Shown: positions 1 to 8,005 of the stretch, piece by piece
How the letters are laid out: each line of letters opens with the position of its first letter
Position numbering within the stretch: the stretch's first letter is position 1
NCBI GenBank assembly: GCA_963718045.1
Contig: OY970350.1
Location: 720,001-752,000 of the forward strand
DNA: 32,000 nucleotides
Direction: 5' to 3'
DNA from: Candidatus Saccharimonadota bacterium
Lineage (GTDB): Bacteria > Patescibacteriota > Saccharimonadia > Saccharimonadales > UBA4665
Translations under genes and position numbers: made by a program
Notes under the pieces: generated by a model
What the model was told of the DNA's origin: nothing
Seen by the model: only the letters and a program-made list of their open reading frames with translations
The model's database searches: none

Positions 1-18
1 AAAAGTCAAGTTAGTAAT

Positions 19-525
19 TTACTCTTTAGACTTGGCGTGTCTATGATGTCTAGCTAAAGGATTAAATTTAGAGCGCTGCATAACTAAAAAGATTAAGGCA
101 ACAAGAGCACTTATAGCTACTACCGTTCCCTGATATTTAGTCAGATCCTGCCATAAACTGCCAGACATAATATTGACGGCTGTGTTTGTCGGCAGTAACG
201 GCACAACTGTTAGGGCCATTAGCAGCCCGCTGGCTATAGCTGGGACCAGATTAATATGTTTATGAGCCGATGCCGTCTTAATGTTAAAAAGAAGTATTAG
301 GACAGCCGGCAGCAGGAGCAGTATTAATCTAGCATTATTAGAGCCATAGAAGTGTTCCAGGGTTCTTGAGCTGGCTAGTTTAGTGACTAGTTTATTAGTG
401 CTATCAAACTGACTGACTACATAGCCCATACAAATACCTAAGAATACATACGCCCCATTAACCCTAAGCAAAATTGTTAATAGGATTGGTATGACAAAGA
501 TAACTATTAGCCATATATCAGCCAT
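19..525 (-). CDS. hypothetical multi-pass membrane protein
   Basis: 168-aa ORF made of several long hydrophobic segments with a basic C-terminal tail (RHHRHAKSKE). Lies 32 nt downstream of rimK on the same strand. No family recognised. Confidence 0.6.
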   Translation of the reverse strand: MADIWLIVIFVIPILLTILLRVNGAYVFLGICMGYVVSQFDSTNKLVTKLASSRTLEHFYGSNNARLILLLLPAVLILLFNIKTASAHKHINLVPAIASGLLMALTVVPLLPTNTAVNIMSGSLWQDLTKYQGTVVAISALVALIFLVMQRSKFNPLARHHRHAKSKE

Positions 526-557
526 GCTTAAGCTTAATAATAGCCGAGAGTTAGGCT

Positions 558-1460
558 TTATGCACCAATTTTGTCTTTTTTGTGTCTGGCTTTGGCGTTT
601 TGTTCGATGTAATCAATTATTGAACTGGCGACATCCCGTCCGGTGACCTTCTCTATGCCAAAGCCGGGGCTGCAGTTTACTTCAAGAATTAATGGGCCTT
701 GATGTGACCTCATCATGTCTACACCGCATATAGTCAGACCCATGGCTTTAGCAGCTCGGAGCGCCATTCTTCTTTCGTCTTCGGATAGTCTAACAGGGAT
801 GCCATTACCGCCTTGGTGCAGGTTTGATCTAAAGTCGCCGTCTAGACTTTGCCTTAACATGCTGGCAATTACCTTGCCGTTAACAACAAAAGCCCTGATA
901 TCTTCACCGGCACTTTCACTTATATATTCTTGGACTAAAAAGCTAACTCCTTCAACATTGAAGGCCTGCATTACAGCCAGTCCGGCTTTTCGGGTTTCGG
1001 CTAATACTACTCCGTTGCCGTGTGTACCGCGGGCAATTTTAATAACTACTGGCGGTCCACCAACTTGATCAAGGACATCTTCAAAGTCAGCGGTTTCGCG
1101 GGCAAAGACTGTTTTTGGTATACCAACTGCGGCTTTAGACAGAATCTGGAGTGATCTTAACTTGTCTCTTGAGCGGACAATAGAGATCGAGCTAGTAGTT
1201 GTAAAGACGTTTTGCATTTCAAATTGACGGACAATAGAAGCACCGTATTTAGTAAGGCTGGAAGCAATTCTTGGGATTATTACGTCAAAATTAGTCAGTT
1301 CTTCGCCTTTATAATTAACAACCGGGCGGCCGCTTTCTAGGGCTACATAACACTTGGCATAATTAATCACACTGACGCTGTGACCACGTTTTCTAGCCTC
1401 TTCCACTAACCTTTTAGTGGAATAGTTGCCAGGACCTTTAGATAAAATTGCTATATTCAT
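558..1460 (-). CDS. rimK: RimK-family ATP-grasp ligase (alpha-L-glutamate ligase / ribosomal protein S6 modification type)
   Basis: 300 aa. N-terminus MNIAILS..STKRLVEEARKRGH plus ATP-grasp core strings IARGTHGNGVVLAE, LVQEYISESAGEDIRAFVV and LILEVNCSPGFG are typical of RimK. Confidence 0.85.
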   Translation of the reverse strand: MNIAILSKGPGNYSTKRLVEEARKRGHSVSVINYAKCYVALESGRPVVNYKGEELTNFDVIIPRIASSLTKYGASIVRQFEMQNVFTTTSSISIVRSRDKLRSLQILSKAAVGIPKTVFARETADFEDVLDQVGGPPVVIKIARGTHGNGVVLAETRKAGLAVMQAFNVEGVSFLVQEYISESAGEDIRAFVVNGKVIASMLRQSLDGDFRSNLHQGGNGIPVRLSEDERRMALRAAKAMGLTICGVDMMRSHQGPLILEVNCSPGFGIEKVTGRDVASSIIDYIEQNAKARHKKDKIGA

Positions 1461-1489
1461 AACTAACTCCTACTGGTTAATCTTAAAGC

Positions 1490-1897
1490 TTATGGGATTT
1501 TGGAAATATCTATAACGAATCTTTTATTCAGTAGTCTTCGTCCAACTAGCGCAGGATACGACTTTAATTTACGATTAGCAAGTGAAAACTTGGCACTTAC
1601 TCTTCGGCCTTCAATCAAGACGGATATTTTTACTCTGTACCGGTGTTCAGTGTCTCCAAATGAGTTCTTAATTTTAACTCTTTCATAATCCGTGCTACTA
1701 ATAACTTTGCCGGTATACTTATCTGAAGAAGGGCCGAGTAAACAATACTCAAGCTTACTGCCTTTCTCTTTGATATTGGTCGCCCAAATAGAAGATCCGT
1801 CAGCACCGGTATCTATCTTCGCTGGTAAATCATAAATATCACCAGCTGGTATGCTGATTTTTACGACACTGCCTATAATCTGGGGTTCTTTAATCAT
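1490..1897 (-). CDS. retropepsin-like protein of the RimK-associated family usually annotated as putative ATP-dependent zinc protease
   Basis: 135 aa with KIDTGADGSSIWA (a DTG aspartic-protease-like motif). Immediately upstream of rimK on the same strand, which is the usual pairing for this family. Confidence 0.7.
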   Translation of the reverse strand: MIKEPQIIGSVVKISIPAGDIYDLPAKIDTGADGSSIWATNIKEKGSKLEYCLLGPSSDKYTGKVISSTDYERVKIKNSFGDTEHRYRVKISVLIEGRRVSAKFSLANRKLKSYPALVGRRLLNKRFVIDISKIP

Positions 1898-1939
1898 TTA
1901 GGGGGCATATTGTAGCATATTTCTATATCCTTGGCAAGG

Positions 1940-2053
1940 CTATTTAGCATGCAGGATGCGGGTATATATCAGCCAGATTAAGAGAGCAACAATCAGTATT
2001 ATGGTTATGAGAAGAGGTATAAAGCCGCTATTATCCTGCTTAAGTTTAGGCAT
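1940..2053 (-). CDS. possible 37-aa single-TM micro-protein
   Basis: My translation: ATG..TAG gives MPKLKQDNSGFIPLLITIILIVALLIWLIYTRILHAK, with one clear hydrophobic helix. It fills the otherwise empty dnaJ/retropepsin spacer. No obvious SD. Confidence 0.3.
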   Translation of the reverse strand: MPKLKQDNSGFIPLLITIILIVALLIWLIYTRILHAK

Positions 2054-2094
2054 TTAAAGTAAATTATCTAACTGACAGGTGTTAATAGCAAGAT

Positions 2095-3201
2095 CTAATT
2101 AAAGATATGGAATTTACTGCCAGCCGGAGACTGCTTAAATTGCTCTAACAGTCTAACCTGTTCTTTTGATAGTTTGGTTGGTGTATCAACTATTATGGTG
2201 ACAATATGGGCACCGCGGCTGCCGCCCTTTATATGAGGTACGCCGTGACCGGAAAGCTTAAAGTCTGTACCGGACTGAGTACCAGGAGGTACTTTCATTA
2301 ATACCTTACCGTCGACTGTATCAATATCTACTTCACAGCCTATGGCAGCATCAACCATGCCGATATGTTCTTCGCTTAAGATAATCTCCCCTTCACGGGT
2401 GAATTTCTTATGAGCTTTAACCCTGACATTAACGTATAGATCGCCTTTAGGGCCGTTTGCGATGGCTTCACCGTGTTCTCTTAGGCGGATAGTCGATCCA
2501 TCATCTATGCCAGCCGGTATTTTAAGATTTATTTGCTGTCTTGACTCGACTGTGCCTTTGCCGTGACAGACGGTGCATAACTTCTCAGGCACCTTACCCC
2601 TGCCTTTGCATGTCTGACAAATAGTAGCCTGCTGGATATTGCCAAAAATGGTCCTGGTAACGCTTACTACCTGCCCTTTACCGTTACAGGTTGGACAAGT
2701 CTTAAGTTCATAGCCTGGCTCGGCTGTTGTTCCTTTACAGTGACTACATGTATCTTCAACTGTTAAATTAAGGGGTACTTCAGTGCCAAAGACAGCATCT
2801 TCAAAAGATATCTCGACCCTGGCTTCGACATCTCTGCCCCTATTTTGTCTTCTGGAACCGGTCTGTCCATTACCAAAAAAGGTGCTGAATATATCGCCAA
2901 GACCAAGATCACCAAAATCAAAGTTAATGTTTTGACCCTGCCCGCCAAAGCCACCAAAGCCTTCAAAGCCACTAGGACCGCTACCACCTACGCCAGCATG
3001 GCCAAACTGGTCATATCTCTTTCTCTTTTCAGGGTCACCAAGAACTTCATATGCTTCGTTTATTTCTTTAAACTTAGTTTCATCGCCACCGCGGTCAGGG
3101 TGATGTTCAATGGCGGCTCTTCTAAAGGCTTTTTTTACCTCATCAGCAGAAGCATCTTTGCTTATACCTAAGGTTTCATAGTAGTCTCGTTTTGTAGCCA
3201 T
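2095..3201 (-). CDS. dnaJ: chaperone DnaJ (Hsp40)
   Basis: 368 aa. J-domain with HPD (IEHHPDRGG), a G/F-rich linker and four CxxCxGxG zinc-finger repeats (CSHCKGTT, CPTCNGKG, CQTCKGRG, CTVCHGKG). Confidence 0.97.
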   Translation of the reverse strand: MATKRDYYETLGISKDASADEVKKAFRRAAIEHHPDRGGDETKFKEINEAYEVLGDPEKRKRYDQFGHAGVGGSGPSGFEGFGGFGGQGQNINFDFGDLGLGDIFSTFFGNGQTGSRRQNRGRDVEARVEISFEDAVFGTEVPLNLTVEDTCSHCKGTTAEPGYELKTCPTCNGKGQVVSVTRTIFGNIQQATICQTCKGRGKVPEKLCTVCHGKGTVESRQQINLKIPAGIDDGSTIRLREHGEAIANGPKGDLYVNVRVKAHKKFTREGEIILSEEHIGMVDAAIGCEVDIDTVDGKVLMKVPPGTQSGTDFKLSGHGVPHIKGGSRGAHIVTIIVDTPTKLSKEQVRLLEQFKQSPAGSKFHIFN

Positions 3202-3262
3202 ATTTTAACTTACGGGGCATTTTACCCTTTAACTAACATTAATATTACCAAGAATGGGCTCT

Positions 3263-5161
3263 TTATTTGTCGGTCTTTTCTTCGTCGACTACTTCGCCTT
3301 CGATGGAATCGTCTTTAGTCTCAGTTTTTTCTGAGCCAGCTTCTTTTGACGCATTTTCGTACATCTTAGCGCCAATGGGCATGATCTTATCGTTTAACTC
3401 CTGGGCTGCTTTTTCTAGATCTTCTTTAGAAGCCTTTTCATCCGCTACTACCTTTTTAGCGGCTTCTACGGCTTCTTCTAGTGTTTTCTTGTCTTCATCA
3501 GACAACTTGTCTTTATTGTCGCGAGAGAGCTTCTCCGCCTGGTAGACAGCACTATCTAGCAGGTTTTCAGCTTCAACCTGGTCTTTTCGCTTCTTGTCTT
3601 CATCGGCATGAGCTTCAGCTTCTTTAGCCATCTTTTCAACGTCATCTTTACTTAAGTTGCCTGATCCGGAGATGGTTATGCTCTGCTCTTTAGAAGTACC
3701 CTTGTCTTTAGCGGTAACATTTAAGATACCGTTCGCATCAATATTAAAGGTTACTTCAATCTGGGGGATACCTCTTGGAGCAGGCGGGATACCGTCAAGG
3801 ATAAAGCGGCCCAAAGACTTATTGCCGTCAATCATTTCTCTTTCACCTTGGGCAACATGTATTTCTACCTGTGGCTGGTTATCTGCGGCCGTGGAGAATA
3901 CTTCGGACTTAGAAGTTGGAATGGTGGTATTCCTTTCAATCAGCCTGGTCATGACTCCACCCATAGTCTCTATACCTAGAGATAGCGGTGTTACATCAAG
4001 CAGCAATACGTCTTTAACATCACCTTGCAGGACACCGCCCTGGATGGCCGCACCAATGGCCACTACCTCATCAGGGTTAACACCCTTCATTGGTTCTTTA
4101 GAAAAGATCTTTTTAACCTTTTCTTGTACAGCCGGCATTCTGGTCATGCCACCGACAAGGACAATAGCGTTAATGTCGCTGGTCTTTAATTTAGCGTCTT
4201 TAAGAGCTTTCTCGCATGGTTCGGCTGTCTTTTCTATTAGGTCAGCTACCAGACTTTCAAGCTTAGCTCTGGTTAGTTTGTGCTCGAAGTGCTTCGGACC
4301 ATCTGAGTCAGCAGTTAGAAATGGCAGGTTAACATTTACTTCCTGGGCGGTTGAGAGCTCAATTTTGGCCTTCTCGGCTTCATCACGCAGCCTTTGCATA
4401 GCAGCTTTGTCATCCGTTATGTCAATGCCCTGTTCTTTCTTGAATTCATCGGCAAAATAGTTAACTATAACACGGTCAAAGTCAGCACCACCAAGATGGG
4501 TATCACCGTTAGTTGATTTAACTTCAAAGACACCGTCACCTAGTTCCAGGATAGAGATATCGAAAGTACCGCCGCCTAGGTCATATACAGCTATCTTCTC
4601 ATCCTTTTTATCATTTTTATCTAGCCCATAAGCTAGAGCTGCGGCAGTTGGTTCGTTGATTATTCTTTTTACTTCCAGGCCAGCTATTTTTCCGGCATCC
4701 TTAGTTGCCTGTCTTTGGCTGTCGTCAAAGTAGGCGGGCACAGTAATGACAGCTTCGCTGACCGGTTCGCCTAGGAAAGCTTCAGCATCAGCCTTCAATT
4801 TACCGAGGATCATGGCGCTTATTTCTTCTGGGCTATATTCTTTATCGGCCATCTTAACTTTTACGCCGTTACCGCTTTTAACTATTTCGTAGCCCATTAA
4901 TTTAAGGTCACGCTGAACTTCCTGGTCACTCCAGTTTCGTCCTATAAGTCTTTTTACTTCATAAATTGTGTTTTTAGAGTTAGTTACCTGTTGTCTTCTG
5001 GCAACCTGACCGATTAGTCTTTCGCCGTTCTTATTGACAGCCACTACTGAAGGAGTTGTTCTAGCGCCTTCGCTGTTGGCAATAATCTCTGGTTTACCAG
5101 ATTGCATAACAGCCATGGCTGAGTTGGTTGTGCCAAGGTCGATGCCAATTATCTTACTCAT
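3263..5161 (-). CDS. dnaK: chaperone DnaK (Hsp70)
   Basis: 632 aa with [22 protein letters not shown] and [10 protein letters not shown] signatures. SD GGAGA lies upstream of the ATG. Confidence 0.98.
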   Translation of the reverse strand: MSKIIGIDLGTTNSAMAVMQSGKPEIIANSEGARTTPSVVAVNKNGERLIGQVARRQQVTNSKNTIYEVKRLIGRNWSDQEVQRDLKLMGYEIVKSGNGVKVKMADKEYSPEEISAMILGKLKADAEAFLGEPVSEAVITVPAYFDDSQRQATKDAGKIAGLEVKRIINEPTAAALAYGLDKNDKKDEKIAVYDLGGGTFDISILELGDGVFEVKSTNGDTHLGGADFDRVIVNYFADEFKKEQGIDITDDKAAMQRLRDEAEKAKIELSTAQEVNVNLPFLTADSDGPKHFEHKLTRAKLESLVADLIEKTAEPCEKALKDAKLKTSDINAIVLVGGMTRMPAVQEKVKKIFSKEPMKGVNPDEVVAIGAAIQGGVLQGDVKDVLLLDVTPLSLGIETMGGVMTRLIERNTTIPTSKSEVFSTAADNQPQVEIHVAQGEREMIDGNKSLGRFILDGIPPAPRGIPQIEVTFNIDANGILNVTAKDKGTSKEQSITISGSGNLSKDDVEKMAKEAEAHADEDKKRKDQVEAENLLDSAVYQAEKLSRDNKDKLSDEDKKTLEEAVEAAKKVVADEKASKEDLEKAAQELNDKIMPIGAKMYENASKEAGSEKTETKDDSIEGEVVDEEKTDK

Positions 5162-5196
5162 TTTATGATCTCCATTTACGTTAACTATTATATTAA

Positions 5197-5223
5197 TTAG
5201 CAGTCACAAGAAGTGATTGCTAG
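5197..5223. promoter_or_regulatory. degenerate second CIRCE-like inverted repeat upstream of dnaK
   Basis: TTAGCAgTC-N9-GAtTGCTAg, same 9-N9-9 geometry as consensus CIRCE. Sits 19 nt (5224-5242) from the perfect copy. Confidence 0.5.
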
Positions 5224-5242
5224 ATATATCCAGAATAAATAA

Positions 5243-5269
5243 TTAGCACTCATAAGTCAAGAGTGCTAA
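5243..5269. promoter_or_regulatory. CIRCE operator (HrcA binding site) upstream of dnaK
   Basis: TTAGCACTC-ataagtcaa-GAGTGCTAA, a perfect match to the CIRCE consensus TTAGCACTC-N9-GAGTGCTAA. About 80 nt upstream of the dnaK start. Confidence 0.9.
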
Positions 5270-5316
5270 TGAATGTATTTTACAACAATATAGTAAATAT
5301 ATCTTGGGTAATAAGC

Positions 5317-5345
5317 TTGACCGTTTTAACATAATGTGCTATATT
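5317..5345 (+). promoter_or_regulatory. sigma70-like promoter for the 5353 gene (predicts leaderless mRNA)
   Basis: TTGACC (5317-5322), 17-nt spacer, TATATT (5340-5345). The ATG at 5353 is 7-8 nt after the -10 and has no SD. Confidence 0.45.
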
Positions 5346-5352
5346 ATGTGCC

Positions 5353-5901
5353 ATGACAAAATCACATGAACATCGCCATGAACATCGCTACGGACCAGCT
5401 AATTTGCCTAGGCGTAGAGCAATCCAGGCTGGAGCAGCAGTACTTTTAACTACCGGTGGCTTCGTTGGAGGGTTCCTAGCAAATAGCAATAAGTCTCCTG
5501 AACCCATCAAGGTTGATGCTAGAGTAGCGGTTGCTCAACGCATTCGAGAAGATGTTGGCCACAGAATTAATATCCTAGGTGGTTTAGTAAGTTCTAACTT
5601 TACACATAACGGCATAACAGAAATGCGTGCAGCGGATTCCCAGTTATTGATTGAGGTCGACGGTACTGAATATTCAGTTTATGCTCCGGATACATTTGAC
5701 TTTGCAAGCGATACTGTTCCCCTATCAGATGAATTAATAATTAATGAGGTTACAGATCCTAACTCTATACCGAAAAGTAACATTCAGCACGCTGTCCTAG
5801 AAGCAAACGGTACTTTTGTAGACGCTAAGACTGGTAAGATGCTTGAAGGCGTTGCCCAAGCTCACTTAGTAACTCAAGAACCAGTACCTCCTACCAGCTA
5901 A
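5353..5901 (+). CDS. hypothetical exported/membrane-anchored protein with His-rich N-terminus and twin-arginine-like signal
   Basis: 182 aa. The N-terminus is MTKSHEHRHEHRYGPANLPRRRAIQAGAAVLLTTGGFVGGFLA (RRR followed by a hydrophobic h-region). The remainder has no recognised family. Confidence 0.6.
   Translation: MTKSHEHRHEHRYGPANLPRRRAIQAGAAVLLTTGGFVGGFLANSNKSPEPIKVDARVAVAQRIREDVGHRINILGGLVSSNFTHNGITEMRAADSQLLIEVDGTEYSVYAPDTFDFASDTVPLSDELIINEVTDPNSIPKSNIQHAVLEANGTFVDAKTGKMLEGVAQAHLVTQEPVPPTS
5365..5388 (+). repeat. perfect 2 x 12-bp tandem repeat (catgaacatcgc) encoding HEHR-HEHR
   Basis: Read directly: catgaacatcgc at 5365-5376 and again at 5377-5388, in frame in the 5353 ORF. Confidence 0.9.
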
Positions 5902-5909
5902 AGTTAAGA

Positions 5910-6404
5910 TTATTTCATTGATACTTTGACCATAGCGTGACGGATTACTTCCCCGTCCAAAGTATAGCCAGGCATAAATTCTTCGGTAATTATCTCTTTA
6001 GTGCCTTCACTATTTGGATCCATTTGGACTGCTTCATGGTAGCGCGGATCAAAGACCTCATTTATTGTCTTTATTTTTTCAACGCCTAAAGATTCTAGCG
6101 CTTGCCAAAGTTGTTTGTTGACACCACCAAGACCTTTATGCCACTCCATCATGGTTCTATCTGTGGCTTTTGGTGTATGATTTAAGGCTCTTTCAAAATT
6201 ATCTATAAATGGCAGCAGATCTTTAATAACTGTTGCCTTAAAGAAGCTGGCCATTTTAAAACGGTCTTCTTCTGCTCTTCTACGGACATTAATGGCATCC
6301 GCCCGTTCTCTTTGAAGAGCCTCAGTTAGTTCTAAAACTTGTCTTTCAAGTTCTTCTATTTCTGGACGATTATGTGTTTGTGTTTTCTTATGATGATCGG
6401 CCAT
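5910..6404 (-). CDS. grpE: nucleotide exchange factor GrpE
   Basis: 164 aa. N-terminal coiled coil, LLPFIDNFERAL motif and C-terminal beta domain (GYTLDGEVIRHAMVKV). Confidence 0.93.
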   Translation of the reverse strand: MADHHKKTQTHNRPEIEELERQVLELTEALQRERADAINVRRRAEEDRFKMASFFKATVIKDLLPFIDNFERALNHTPKATDRTMMEWHKGLGGVNKQLWQALESLGVEKIKTINEVFDPRYHEAVQMDPNSEGTKEIITEEFMPGYTLDGEVIRHAMVKVSMK

Positions 6405-6414
6405 TAACTCATCC

Positions 6415-7122
6415 CTATATAATTAATAATTCTTCCAGTTCCTGGCCAGCTTGGCTGACAAGGTTCATTACTTCTCTGTAGCTCTGTCTGGTTGGGCCTA
6501 ATGTCCCAATGTAGCTGCGGTCACTAAACGGACCACGGAATCGGCTTATTACTAACGTGCAGCCAGCTGAACGGCCAATCGGATTTTCCTGACCGATATA
6601 GACACTTAAGGCTTCATTGGGAGCGGCTTCTTTAAGCCATGGCTCAAGGTTATCCAGTAGCCTTGCTACTTGCTGTACCTGATACGTATCTAAAAACTCA
6701 GGCTGGTCAAAGAGATTGCTAAGGCCGCTAATATATAGCTGGTTGCCGATAGTAGCCAGTCCCAGATTATGTGTCAGCTCGACTAAAGTATCGACAGCAT
6801 TTCTAATCATTCTCTCGGGTGCACCGCCATGCTGGACACGCGAAGACAGTGCTCTGGCTGCCCTTCTTTCAATACTAGTGTCGATGTGATTTTCCGGCAG
6901 GCTGTTAACGTAAAATCTATATCCCATGTCTGTTGGTACACGGCCGGCACTGGTATGAGGTTGGCTAATAAAGCCAAGCCGTTCCAGTTCAGCCATTTCT
7001 GCCCTAATAGTAGCTGAAGATACCTTAAAAGCTTTAGCCAGCAGACTGCTGCCGACAGGGCTAGCCACTTCAGCGTATTGCTCAACTATGGCATTTAAGA
7101 TTCGTTTCTGACGATCAGTCAT
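6415..7122 (-). CDS. hrcA: heat-inducible transcription repressor HrcA (short form)
   Basis: N-terminal winged helix: RQKRILNAIVEQY..PVGSSLLAK..VSSATIRAEMAELERLGFISQPHTSAGRVPTDMGYRFYV. Only 235 aa. A CIRCE lies just upstream. Confidence 0.9.
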   Translation of the reverse strand: MTDRQKRILNAIVEQYAEVASPVGSSLLAKAFKVSSATIRAEMAELERLGFISQPHTSAGRVPTDMGYRFYVNSLPENHIDTSIERRAARALSSRVQHGGAPERMIRNAVDTLVELTHNLGLATIGNQLYISGLSNLFDQPEFLDTYQVQQVARLLDNLEPWLKEAAPNEALSVYIGQENPIGRSAGCTLVISRFRGPFSDRSYIGTLGPTRQSYREVMNLVSQAGQELEELLII

Positions 7123-7165
7123 ATTAATAATTAACCTAGTTTAAATTAGGCTAATTATATCTCTA

Positions 7166-7192
7166 TTAGCACTCTATCGTCAAGAGTGCTAG
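7166..7192. promoter_or_regulatory. CIRCE operator upstream of hrcA
   Basis: TTAGCACTC-tatcgtcaa-GAGTGCTAg, with one mismatch at the last base. 44 nt upstream of the hrcA start. Confidence 0.85.
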
Positions 7193-7203
7193 GGACATGT
7201 TTG

Positions 7204-7923
7204 TTATCTAACTTTAACTAAATAATTACTTATGCCTTCTATGAGTTGGTTGGTAAGTGCTATAACTGCTGGATTAGTTTTAGGTTTATGTCTACCTGTT
7301 ACAATCTTTTCGACGGCCTTAGTAGTTTCACCGATGTCATCGTTTATTAAGACGTAGTAATAATCTGTCTTAGTTAGTTCGTTTAGTTCATCTAGAGCCG
7401 TAACTAAACGTGTTTTAATATCTGATTGGTCATGGGTCTTGCCATAGCGGGCAATGAGTCGGCTTATTAACGCCTCAAAGTTTGGTGGTAATAAATAAAC
7501 AGCTATGACTTTATCAGATAATTTACGATAGGAACGGACACCTTTAATATCAAGAGCGGTAACGGCAATCTTGGACTCATTGATAGTTTTTTGTATTTCT
7601 TTCGTGGCAGTGCCATACATATAGCCATGGATTATAGTGGCTTCAATAAGCTGATGGTTCTGAAGCAGCTTGAGAGCCCGGCCATTATCTATAAAATGGT
7701 AATCGATACCATCCTTTTCTATCACTCCGTGGTTAATCCGAGGTGGCCTGGTGGTGTGAGAAACTATTGCCCGATACTTATCAGTTTTAATAAGCTCATG
7801 GGCGATTGTTTCTTTACCAGCACCAGTAGGCCCGACTAAAAATAGAATTCTAGATCTACTTACTACATCTTTGGCAATTTCTGGTGGCTGATAATTGACT
7901 ATTGCCTTCTTAAAATCGTCCAT
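7204..7923 (-). CDS. gmk: guanylate kinase family protein with N- and C-terminal extensions
   Basis: 239 aa. P-loop GPTGAGKET, SHTTRPPR, IEATIIHGYMYGT and LLPPNFEALISRL follow the Gmk pattern. Confidence 0.8.
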   Translation of the reverse strand: MDDFKKAIVNYQPPEIAKDVVSRSRILFLVGPTGAGKETIAHELIKTDKYRAIVSHTTRPPRINHGVIEKDGIDYHFIDNGRALKLLQNHQLIEATIIHGYMYGTATKEIQKTINESKIAVTALDIKGVRSYRKLSDKVIAVYLLPPNFEALISRLIARYGKTHDQSDIKTRLVTALDELNELTKTDYYYVLINDDIGETTKAVEKIVTGRHKPKTNPAVIALTNQLIEGISNYLVKVR

Positions 7924-8005
7924 ATCTTATTGTATAACGAAGCTAATGCGTGGACGCAAATTAGATTTTAATCAAAGTTCGGTCGGTCTTAAGCATAAGT
8001 CAGCA

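Noticed and set aside
3657-4460. 267-aa plus-strand ORF inside dnaK, and similar antisense or shadow ORFs elsewhere. These include 715-1068, 2845-3171, 3267-3545, 6807-7085, 11701-12006, 12532-12780, 20299-20544, 27016-27597 and 29977-30321.
   Set aside because: All lie fully within strongly supported genes on the opposite strand or in another frame. They have low-complexity S/L/P/A-rich translations typical of shadow ORFs.
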